From NCBI GenBank assembly GCA_946965045.2, contig OX337233.1, positions 2,294,001 through 2,358,000 of the forward strand: 64,000 bases of DNA, read 5' to 3'. A program made the translations under genes and the position numbers. This DNA comes from Epithemia pelagica. Taxonomy: Eukaryota; Protista; Bacillariophyta. Position 1 is the first letter of the stretch. Every line of letters begins with the position of its first letter. This document shows positions 46,031-56,812 of this stretch, one piece after another. The notes under the pieces were generated by a model. It saw only the letters and a list, made by a program, of their open reading frames with translations, had not been told where the DNA came from and did not search any database.

Positions 46031-49000
46031 CTCCCCACAACTCGTCGTTTCAGCCTTGTCATCATTGGATTTGTTGAGGTCTTGAACTTCTCCTTTCCAA
46101 AAACAACAATGGCTTGAGCATGGGCCAAATAGATACGAAATCCCAATGTTTGCTAAAGATATCGGCAGGGTTGGTCTTTCCATCTTTCCAGTAGAATGCA
46201 ACATACTTTGCTGCGATGGCTTCACGAACTCGGTGGTATGACAGAAGATGGTATCTCTTGGATAGTATGGAATGAGGAATGGTTGCATTGAGCACAACAG
46301 ATCTGTTATCTCCGTACATGTAACTTCGCTCTCGGATAGGTACTCCAAGGTAGCGGAGAGAATGTCGTAATTCTGTAATCTGATCTATTGCTGTCCTTGC
46401 AGCCACAAACTCGGATCCATAGGTAGCAGTTTCCACCGTGCTCTGTCTCTTGCTGTACCAGTCAATAGGTGTTCCGTTCAACAAATGTAGAACAGCAGTG
46501 ACGGATTTACCAGTGACTATGTCACGCATGAGATTGGCATCAACATAATGAGTTGTGGTAACATAGCGGCCAAGAGGTGTTGGGCAGTCTTCAGGAATAC
46601 GTTCACTTGCATTCGAATAGACAGTGCGAGTCCAATCAAATTCTTGGGTAGGAAGACTTGAATGATCAGGCTCTCCAATCCTAAATCTGATTGCGCCTTC
46701 TGGGAGATGTGCAAGGTATCCATAGATACGCTTGGCTCTATCAAGATGTCCTTTCCTCGGAGCAGCACGAAAGCGTGATAGCGTCATTGTAGCGGTGAAG
46801 ACGTCGAAACGACCAATAGTGATCACCCATTGGAGTTGTCCAATCAGAGTTTGGAAATGGCTAGTACCTTCTTCATCAAGGAGCTCAGAATCATCCAATT
46901 CAGGATGGTCTCCACCAATAAGAGGTGTTTTGGCTTTCTTGGGTTTCTCCTTGAAGATTCGTTCGAAAGTGTCCATCATCTTACCAATGTAGCGTCTTGG
47001 ATCTGCTACTAATGTTCCATCAGAATCCTTGGTGTAACAACATCCCAAGTGGAAATCAATAGGTCCATCTCCTTTGAGTTTGAAGTTGTATTTCTCCTTC
47101 AGGATCTTGCAGATATTCCCAGGATCAGTAGAAATAATGGCTAAGTCCATCAACGTATACGGCAATGTATTCGTAACAGTCTTCTCCAGGTGCTTTCCTC
47201 ATCCAGATATCCGGATCTGCTTTGCTTGGTGAAAATCCCATGTCTGTCAAAACATCGAATAAGACATCATGCCAGCGTGCGCCTGATGACTTCAATCCAT
47301 AAAGTGCCTTGTATATAATCAGGATGTGACCTTCTAATTCCTTGAATTCAGGTCCTGCGACAATGAAGATTTTCTCCCCTGTCAAGGCTTCCAGATATGC
47401 GTTTCCAATATCTGCTCCCCATATTTCCAAGTCATTCAAAGTACCCAGAAATAAGGCAATGCGGAGGTTGCGAATGGAAACAACACCTGAATAGATTGTC
47501 TCAACAGGTTCTTTTGTGAGATGTCCATCTGCGACAAGTCTTGCTTTATGTCGTCCATCATGTTTTACGTCAAAGACAAGATGTACACGTATCTTATGAT
47601 ATCCTTCAGGTGCATTGGATACTTTCCCTTTAATGAAGATGGCTTTCCCAAAATCCTTGAATGTCTTGTAGGACTGGATCTGTGACAATTCTAATTCTGT
47701 TGCATCCTGCCACTTTGTGTTGCCATGTTGTTTATCAAGAGCGACAGCTTCCTCATAATTGCGTGGTACTTGGAATCCAAACTTATACTTGACGGAATGG
47801 TGAACTTGTTTATCCTTGACTGTTTGGCTGCTTGAATGAGACGTTTGCTTGTTTTGACATAACGTTTCAAATGCTTTCGTCCAGGTTCGTTGAGTAAACC
47901 ATGTTTCTTTCCATAAATTGCTACAGTGATCGGATCATCATTGGCGATGAGTGATAAAGGTTCATAGGTAGTCTCCCCAGTTTCCCAATCAACAAGCAAA
48001 TTATATTTGCTCCCCTTGTAATCTGGATCAGTTGTGTTCAGTGGACCTTGATGGGCAATGACGTCCCTGAACCTGAAAAGATTATCTCCAGAGGTTTGAG
48101 CTTGGTTATCTCGTTTGATATACTCCATGAGTTGATTATAGGATATCATCTCATCAACATCAGAATTTGTCTTTCGGTAGATTTACTTGACACGTTCTTC
48201 CTGTTTCGTTGCTTCTTCATTAAGATCAATGACTCGTTTGATGACACGTGCACGGTGTCGCTCCCCATTTTCTTCTGTGTCGCATAGGAATGTGCGTCCT
48301 ATCATGTCGTCAAAATCGATCGTGGGCATTGGTTTGGATGGATCTTCACTATCACTGCGAATGAAGACAGTGTCAGCTTGCTTATCATTGTCATCCTTCT
48401 CAGACGAATCCTCCCCTGAAGGTCGATCCACACGTAGGTTAGGTGTAGTGGATTCAACACGGCGAACGGCAGAACGGTAGATTATCTGGTTATCCTGGGT
48501 GAGAATCTTGCAAGTAAAAGAATCACCAACTTTGTGAGCAAAACCAACCCAGTGGCCAAGTTTCTCATCAGAAGAAGATGGATATGAACCAGAATTGGGT
48601 TCAGCGGGGTCGACACGGTAGTAAACCTCATCCCAGAAAGGAAAGAACAAGAGATGAGTAATGTCGGGTGGGCGTCCGGAGAGAGCCTCAAGAGGAGTGC
48701 GACCGGAATGGGTGGGTGATGATGTATGGTTCAATAAGTCACAGACATACTCAAGGCAAAGAAGCCAGGTGTTGGCAGGGCAACCAGTGGCATTCATGAG
48801 AGCGTTGGTCATACGTTTGACGGTCTGGTAACGGTTTTCAGCCTTATTCTGGTGTTGATGATAAGGTTCGGATCGATACTCCCCAATAAGCAAAGTGTGA
48901 AGAATGTCGTTGACCTTTTGAGAGATGAGAGATGAACCACCATCACTGATAAGAGTCTCCATGGCACCACGAAACCGGATGTTGTCCTGAAGAGTATTGA

Positions 49001-51733
49001 CAAACTGTTTGGTTGACTTGATCCCATAGATATCAGTAACCAGAGTATCTCGACCAACAAAGATTTGTGCGACTTAACCGCCATGGTCAACAGCAGGGGT
49101 GTCGGAGAAAACCGAGTCAGTAGCAACGGGTTCATGACGTCGAGGTATATTAAGGACCGGATTGCGAGCCTTGAAATGTTTCTTGAGGGTGTCGTGGTCA
49201 AAAGTAATGCTACCATTACGTGTAGTGTGCTTGAACGTATCGGCAATAACATCTTCAGATTGCCAACCAAAGAATGGACGGAACTTCTTCCAGTCATACG
49301 CTTCCTGGTAACGACGGTGGACAGAGGCATGAAGTGTAGGATCATTACCTTTTGCGTCAGCATAGATAGAAAAGAAGGGTGCGTTGTCAGGTCCATGATC
49401 GTATGGGAGATCCAAAAGGAGATTGAGGTTACAAACAACACGATCAGTGTACTCCCCATAGTTGTCATATGGATGGTTCGACATACTACCATCAGTCTTG
49501 ACGTGTTTCCAATCAGGATCATTGTCAGAGGGTGTGGGAGAATACGAATGGTCCAGAACACCAGGATCCCATGTGTCGGGTGACGTGCAGATGATCTGAG
49601 GTAAGGTATTCATGTCATCGTCGCTGGGGATACCCAAGGAGTGGATGTAGGCTAACCCATCCTTGATGTGAAGGGGTATAGCACGACCATCAAGTGTAGT
49701 GATGCGTTGTTTACCATCAAATTTAACAGATCGTTCATCAACAGCAAGTCCGAAATGCTCGAATTGACCAGGAGCATGGATAGATAAGCCCTTTCCATAA
49801 TAAGCATATTCATTGAAGATGCCGACAATAGGTCCATCATTGGTCTCAAACTTTGCGGCACATGTGACGACAGGAAGTCCAGTAAGTTCATGGTTATCAA
49901 TACCCACAATAGTGATATGGCGGCCAGTCTTAGAAAGGATGCGCATGTCAGAACCAGCAAGTCCTCCATTAGCACCACGGTCAATCAATTGATTTCCTGG
50001 TAAAGTAGATTTCCTGGAAAACAAATAGCTTGGAACATGTCCTGCTTGTTTATGCATGTTGGCTTTGAAAGTAACCTTCTTGCTTGTCTTGGACTTGGCG
50101 TTAGAAAGAACACTAGTCAGGTCAGTTGCTGGGTGATTGATATCAGTCGTCATGGCTTGGTTGATAAATTGTGTAACCGGATCTGAATCATCTGGATGCT
50201 CAGGGACTACGCCAGGTGAGTCGTCATCAGATGCAACTTGGTTGGGGTCAGGATCAGGTTCCGGATCAATGTCGAGGGCATGTGTTTGCACTTTCCTCGG
50301 CGTTGTTGATGAAGGTGCTTGAATCATCTTGTTATACTCAATGATCAACTTGCGATCTTCTTCAGAAAGTTTGAACCATAGGTCACGCGGTAGACTAACC
50401 TTGGACGAAGAGGATGGAGATTCAGATGTCACTTGGGTGTTGTGGACATGATACTCCATATCATCTTGTGAGGTTATGTCAGCATCTGTATCTTGGCCAT
50501 ATAGTGATTCATGTTGTTTGACATGTCGACGGCGACTATGAACAGATGACTGGGTTGCTTGATCATGGTCATAAGCTGCGTCTAGAAGGAGACGGAAGTA
50601 TGATTGATAGCAAAGGGATTTTGCACCGGATTTGGTGTTCACCACATTATCCAAGATCTTGACTCGGCGGAGATCAGGTACCTTTTCTACAGCTTGCATG
50701 AGGAAGGTCATCCTGGTATGATCAGGGATGCGATCAGACAATGTCACTTGATTGTCTAGCAAACGTAGCTGCTCTTGAAAGTGTAGAAGAAATTGACGTG
50801 TTGTTCCGCGCCATGTGTCGTCAAGACGTAGATTGGAAATGTAGTTGGTTAAACGGAGGACTTCTCGTTTTGCTAGGTCGGATTCGGTATGCAAAGAGTG
50901 TAACTTCTGCAATACGGCACGCGCATCTTCATCATGTTCATGTTCACGTACATAGGCTCGACCTTGGTCAGTCTGAATGATACGGATAAGAACGGAGTAA
51001 AGAAATACTTGTTGCTCTTGAAAAAGTTCTTCGGCATACTCATCATCATGGGGTGGTGTATATTTGAAATTCAGAACGTTGGATAGGCCTTGAGCCTTAG
51101 CTGTAGTCTTGAATACACGCCAGAATGAATCGTAGTATTGTTCATCCTTGAATACCTCATATGCAGTTGCGTCGCGCTTAGTTCCCTTTCTGAATGCTGT
51201 AAGGTCTTGTTGAGATTGGGATGCGGCAGTAACTCTGCTGACAGATTTCACAGATGACGGTGACTTCATTGGCGAGACTGGAACTGGCTAGGTGGTCCCT
51301 TAGTGAAATCTGTGTTGATCCTCCAAGTGTTGAACTCTTTCCTTGTTAGGTTCATCCAGTCGCTATTGGATAGCTCGTCTTGAATTTCATTGGTCTTGTA
51401 TATGGCCCAATAAGCCAAGAGCTTGATCTGCTGTCTTGTGGGGCCTTGTAGCTCATGTGTCTGTTTGTTGACCTTGTATTGTGTCAGTTCGTTCATGGAT
51501 TCCTCGGTATTAGTTTGCATATACGAGATAACATGGGTAATGTTCTCAAAACCATGGTATTTCATCCACTTCATTAAGTAGTCGGCCCTTTCCTTGGTAA
51601 AGAATTGGCAGACAGTAAATATGATGTGGTCGAATAGGTCTGTGTTCGAGACATTGTCTTGGTTATCTTCTCCCTTAGTAGTCGTAGGTGTCTTGGGTGA
51701 TTGAGGATCCATGGTGTTATTTGGTTGGTTCAA
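46025..51733 (-). pseudogene. copia gag-pol with 4 frameshifts and 2 nonsense codons
   Basis: Protease LIDRGANGG, integrase (SDTPAVD, LISDGG, YRSEPYHQHQNKAE), RT (KARLVADG, ADIGNAYLEA, KALYGLKSSG, YVD-D), RNase H (YVDAN, ETATYGSEF, GDNRSV, NPADIFSK). Confidence 0.93.
46031..46042 (-). other. Polypurine tract
   Basis: Minus strand ..AGTTGTGGGGAG abuts the TG of the 3' LTR. Confidence 0.75.
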
Positions 51734-52032
51734 TGTTTATTTAATGTGCGGTGTGATGTGGTTTATTTAATGTGTGATGTGATGTGAACCCGGATGTACC
51801 ACGTGTGCCACGTATGTACCACGTATGTGATACCCGGATGTGTGTTGTGATGTGCGACTCCTGGAAATTTCCGTTGATTCCGACAAATTTTCGCCGAGTT
51901 TCAACAAATTTTCGCCGAATTTTCGCGATTTGACGGGAATGTGTGGCGTGTTGTGCGACCAAGGGTACCCGGATGTGCGTTGAGTTTAAGTCTTGGAAAG
52001 GTTTTGAGAGGACGGGAGTTAACTATGAGTAA

Positions 52033-52812
52033 TTAAGCTTCGGTTTCCAAATCTTCACTCTCTTCCGAATAATCAGAGTCGTTTCCAGGCTCAGATGGGG
52101 CAGCACAAGCAACAGAAGAAGGGGTATCACCTTCAGCCAAGTGGTTCTCGACCTCGGTACGCAAAGGGAAGATAGTTGCACGATGGTCCTCGATGGTATG
52201 GACCTCGTGGATGTAGGCAACGTAGTTATCTAGGCGTACAACGTTAGGAGGCAGAGGGCAAGTCGTCGCGTTCACGACGTAGATGGTATTGTAGTATCCA
52301 GTTGGGCGCTCGAAGGTTAGGAAGCGGAGGTGGACAGTACGGATGGGGTTGCCCGAGAGGGCGGCCAAGATGAGGCGAGGCCTCGGAGAACGATGAAGTT
52401 GGTCGTTCAGACGGTCAATGTCTTCTTGGTCGACGATGTGGGTCACCGATTGGAACTGGCGTTCGATCTGGGTCTCCCCACGGATGATCTCGGGATCGAA
52501 GGTCGAAGAAGTTGGTTGACGGAAGTACTTGATATGATCAGCAATCAACCGGGTGGTACGACGGGATCGAGAAGGGACGAGCCGACGAGGCGGACTCGGG
52601 GGCCGAAGCAACGGCGCAGGGATCGGGGCATGAGGCTGGGTTGGAGTCTCGAATGGGTTGCTGTTGGAACTGTCGACGGAGATGTTGACCGATGTGTTGG
52701 CTGCCTTCGGCGTCGGCACCAGTTCCTGCTGCACCAGGGTATCGGGCTGCCCGGGATGCAGGTTGGCTCGATAGATCTGTCGTACAGGAGTGATAAGCTC
52801 GTTAGTATCCAT
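52033..52812 (-). CDS. Extra 259-aa ORF in the copia 5' leader, unknown function
   Basis: ATG 36 nt downstream of the 5' LTR, same strand as gag, uninterrupted. P/S-rich N-half, globular-looking C-half, acidic tail. Confidence 0.6.
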   Translation of the reverse strand: MDTNELITPVRQIYRANLHPGQPDTLVQQELVPTPKAANTSVNISVDSSNSNPFETPTQPHAPIPAPLLRPPSPPRRLVPSRSRRTTRLIADHIKYFRQPTSSTFDPEIIRGETQIERQFQSVTHIVDQEDIDRLNDQLHRSPRPRLILAALSGNPIRTVHLRFLTFERPTGYYNTIYVVNATTCPLPPNVVRLDNYVAYIHEVHTIEDHRATIFPLRTEVENHLAEGDTPSSVACAAPSEPGNDSDYSEESEDLETEA

Positions 52813-52828
52813 GAAACCACAAGGAAAT

Positions 52829-52848
52829 AAGCTTTGAGACTGTTAATC
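52829..52848 (-). other. Primer-binding site complementary to the anticodon arm of tRNA-Asn(GUU)
   Basis: Immediately inside the 5' LTR. Plus strand AAGCTTTGAGA-CTGTTAA-TC contains a canonical Asn anticodon loop with paired stem bases; no TGG start. Confidence 0.7.
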
Positions 52849-53630
52849 TGTTACAATTCTTTCTGAATCGTAGGGACATTGATGCTCGGTAGAGCAGACA
52901 ATCAGGTAGGTCACCAACCGATACAAGCTTCTCAGGGTCAGAGAAGCAAGCAAGTCGTAGTCTATCAAAAGGATAGTCGGGACACAAAAGAAGATGTGAT
53001 AAATGGTGATATTGTTAGATTGTGTGTTGACACTACGATAGGTCTACGTGAAATGTTCGGTCCTGCCAAGGGTCATGTGTCATAGGTTCTTGGCGGCAAC
53101 AGGTTTGGAATAGTTGGAGTCGATTCATGTGATGTATATGACATGTATATGTGGACGGATAACATATACAGGGTCAACAGCTCTTGCTTTGGATTGGCAT
53201 AGTTGTTTTCATGGCGCGCAGCTTGTTGACAATTTGGAGATTGTGGGAATGGAAATATGGTCTCGCGTGATCGTGTGTCGTACTTGGGATACTTAGACCG
53301 TTGGGTCGGATAGATGCCGACAGCGCTCGGATGTCGCTTGGGCGCGCTCGATGATTTCGGGCGCGTACGCTTAGGGCGTTAGTATAATGTCCGAGCAACG
53401 GCCAAATTTACGTCCGTTGTAATACCGCACGACCCAGTTTAGTCTTGAGAGTGAGTTCGTCAATCTATTCTCACTTTTCATGATTTGCGAAGAAATATAG
53501 GTCGATATAGCGCAAAGCTAGGGAACATAGCTCGAAGCTAGATGGCATGATGCGATAGCACGAGGCTATGTGACATGGGGAATCGATGAGATGTAGAATC
53601 TAACCACCATAGACGGTGAGAATTCTAACA
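52849..53630 (-). repeat. 5' LTR (782 bp)
   Basis: Direct repeat of 45248-46030, TG..CA termini. Confidence 0.97.
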
Positions 53631-53635
53631 TGTAG

Positions 53636-54337
53636 AGAGGTAGCGCAGAATAGATCGGTAATTCGAATTGATAGTCCCTTTGGGAGAATGAAGTATAGCT
53701 TGGCTGCCTGTGATAAGAGGGACATGTGTCGATGAGATAGTAGGCGGGTATTCGTATGAGTCTGCCAATCGGTCAGCGTCTACATTGAGCTGGGCAGCAA
53801 GGGTCAGTGTTGGATATGGTCGCAGGCGATCTTGGTGGCCCCGAACATGTAGGAAACTTGGAGTTTCAGGGAATTGTTTGATAGATGTCCTAATCGATTG
53901 TTGGATATCCCAGTCTGCTTCCATCGTAGAGTAAGGGAAGTCATAGACCCATTCCAGTCGCTTTTCCACGGTATTGATCAAACTTTTGGAATCGGTATAG
54001 AAGATTAATTGTGTCGGAAGACTGAAGCCATAAGACGTCGTAAGATGAATCACAGCACGTAGCAATGCAAGCATTCCATAACTCTCCGACCTGAAGGACG
54101 AAGTAGGATAACCAGGAGCAGGACCACTTAATTGAAAAAGGCGTTGTCCAGTATCCGTGCTGCAAATACAGCCAAATTTGCCAGTGAACATAGCCGCTGA
54201 GCCATCGCTGCACAAGAAGAGGCGGACAGTCGGAGTGGTGAAACTTTGTTGGATTTGTTGAGGTGGGCAAAGGAGGACAAGTTTGGACATTAGGTGTTGA
54301 TCCCATTGTTCGAGAGAAGAGACGAAGTCGGGAAAAG
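53636..54337 (-). mobile_element. 5' part of the same non-LTR fragment (RNase H domain)
   Basis: LCSDGS, SFRSESYG, YTDSKS, HVRGHQD, NVDADRLA RNase H motifs. Candidate TSD TCTCTGATG at 44244-44252 and 54338-54346. Confidence 0.8.
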
Positions 54338-54922
54338 TCTCTGATGGTTGATGATACATCGAATGCGAATCGCGCGACCGCTTCATCAAAAGAAAAATCT
54401 ATGGAGCCTATGAGCCTTGTGTGGTTGTGACGACTTGATCAATCACAATGGCGGAGTAGCAACGATTCTTTTGAATTGCGGAGCTTTTGTTGTTGTGGTT
54501 ATTGGAACAGAATTGGCAGCTCGTTATGTCATAGTGTGGCCCAACACGGCTCCGCGAAAAAACTTGTCCCTATTGTAGCTAGCAGTGCTTCCGACCTCCG
54601 ACAGCAACTAAAGTACCATCAAGGATATCATCTCCTCCATCGTAGCCTGAGGTTCCCGCATTCAGGCTCATGCAGAATGAAGATGCGTAAAAGAATATTT
54701 GAGGCCCCATTGTCGCTGCATCGCCAAACAAAATGAGATCGGTCGTGGATCTTCCAAGATGCATCCGTTCCACGAGACGTGGGGGGCTTTGGGGGGGCTT
54801 CCGAATTCCAAAGATGCGTGGGTCCTGATTCCTGATGCAAGAGGTGCGCCGACCTCACGAACCTCTAAGCCACAAGAACGTCGCCAACCAACAGTTCCAT
54901 TGCTCAAATACAAATACACGTC

Positions 54923-56422
54923 TTGAGTCCTGCAAAAGTCTTCATTCCTCGAGAAAGAGGATACCGCAATAGCATGGGCCAACGTGCCTCATCATGCTGC
55001 CTTCCCCGTGCAGATGGAAGGACAGGAAAGTCCTCCCAAACAAGTTTTCAACAGAAGCAGCAGCATGGCGTCCAAGACAATGAACAGTCTGATGCCGACG
55101 AAGGACAACTATTGGCGCAGTTGCCGATACTTCCAGATTCGTGGGAGGCACAAATTCAAGTGGAGCAATTTTCCAAACAGGACCGAGTGTTTTTGCAATG
55201 CCCCATATTGCCAGAATTCACGCCCATTCGAACCTTTGTGGGACGCTATCGACACACAAATGAGTGGTTTCTTTGTCGAATTCGAAGTTACGATTGTGAT
55301 GGAAGTTTCTCCGTTGTGTGGGAAGATGGGACAATGCAAATGGGTACCAAGGCCGTGGAAGAATTGAAACGCATGTCCAACGAGTGGTCACGACGAGTCG
55401 ATCAACAAATCGAGATGAGGCAAAACAGAGTGACTGAGCCCGATATTGTAATGAACAATTCATCTCCCAGCATGGAGGAAGAATCAGCCCTTCGACCTGT
55501 GGTTGAACCGCCGACTCACAATGGCTTTACCGTTTGGGAGGCGGCAAAGAAGGGTGACATGGAGACTGTCTTGGCTCTCATTGATCGAGGAGACGCAACG
55601 CCGAATACTGTTGAAATTCTGAGCTGCTAAGGCCGTGGTGGAGAGGAACAAGCAGGTCGGAGTTCGCTGTATTGGGCCTGCTTCGGGGGTCACGTCGAGC
55701 TGGTCAGAGAATTGTTGGCACGTGGTGGGGTTGATGCCGACGGAGCTGCCTATCTCGCTGTCACGAGTCGAGAGCGGGCTAACGATGATCGTGATTTAAT
55801 GTTTGATCCTGACACCAATACCTTTAGTGATTGGGTCGACTATCCGACCACTGAAACCGCTGATACCACAGATGAAGAAAGTCGGGATGAAGATGAGAAC
55901 GAGAATGATGATGGGGGCGAAGACACTGCTATAGAGGTTGATGAACGCGGTGAAGCATCTGTTGTTGACTTGGTAGAGGGTAAGGAAAAGAGACGACAGA
56001 AGAGAAGCACGTCACGCAAGCAACAAGATGATGCAGCATTGATTCGTGCCATGTTGGCTGCGTCTTCTGTGACACCAGCGAAGAGACGTCGAAATATGGA
56101 TTCAATGCGACAACGTCTTCCACAGCGGTTGTATAATGCAACTGCTCAAAGCGAAATTCAAGACTACTCGGAATGCATTGTATGTCTCAATCAGACATCG
56201 TCGCGCTCTCATTCCAAACTTTTGGTCAACGACGACGATCCACTAACCCGAAAGGAAGAAAATCGACAGGTAGCAGATCAAGAAACAGTATCGCTCTCGA
56301 TTGCGGTCCCTTGTGGTCACATATGTGCATGTCAATCATGCTTGGAATTGATTCGGAAACGTGGCGATGGTTGTCCGATTTGTCGAGCTGCCATCTCTGC
56401 GATTGTTCCTCATCGAACTTGA
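54923..56422 (+). pseudogene. Tudor/SH3-like + ankyrin repeat + C3HC4 RING protein with in-frame TAA
   Basis: ORFs 54923-55630 and 55712-56422 are in the same frame, separated by TAA 55628-55630. The intervening codons read GRSSLYWACFGGHVELVRELL (ankyrin); RING CIVC..VPCGHICACQSC..CPIC. 5' end unresolved. Confidence 0.7.
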
Positions 56423-56812
56423 GCAGTAGTTCTGTCGGTTCTGCTCGTCCAACATCGATATTCTAGATTTTATATATATTGTTTGTATTAAGGTATCAGT
56501 TTCGCAACAACTCTATTCTCGGTGATCCTGGCAATGATCACACATATCCGGTCCCGAGACACCGCCAACTTCTCGGATAGTCCTTCCTGGGTAACTTTTA
56601 ACTCTTACATTACGTGCGGGTTGTCCTGGACAAAAGAGTAATACCAGCCTGTTTCAAACGACTTCCTTGGTCATTGAACTAAATATGAGTACGGAATGGG
56701 ATCAGTGAACAGTTCAATGCGTGAAAGTGGCGGGATAACTCTGGTCGCTTATCGATCGCTTTAATACAGAAGATCTCTTGGCATCAACATTGATCATGGT
56801 CGGAACCACACC

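Larger units (their letters stand above)
45248..53630 (-). mobile_element. Full-length Ty1/copia LTR retrotransposon (diatom CoDi-type), coding region mutated
   Basis: Two TG..CA LTRs, 5-bp TSD TGTAG (45243-45247 / 53631-53635), domain order gag-PR-INT-RT-RNH, PPT and PBS. Confidence 0.97.

Noticed and set aside
52810-52823. Conventional TGG-type PBS (TGGTTTCATGG on the minus strand)
   Set aside because: Lies ~26 nt from the LTR, too far, and matches no tRNA 3' end I recognise.
33775-55630. Stop-codon reassignment (TAA/TAG read as sense)
   Set aside because: Conserved genes here terminate normally at TAA (eL40, OPA3, P450-B) and TAG (phosphate carrier).
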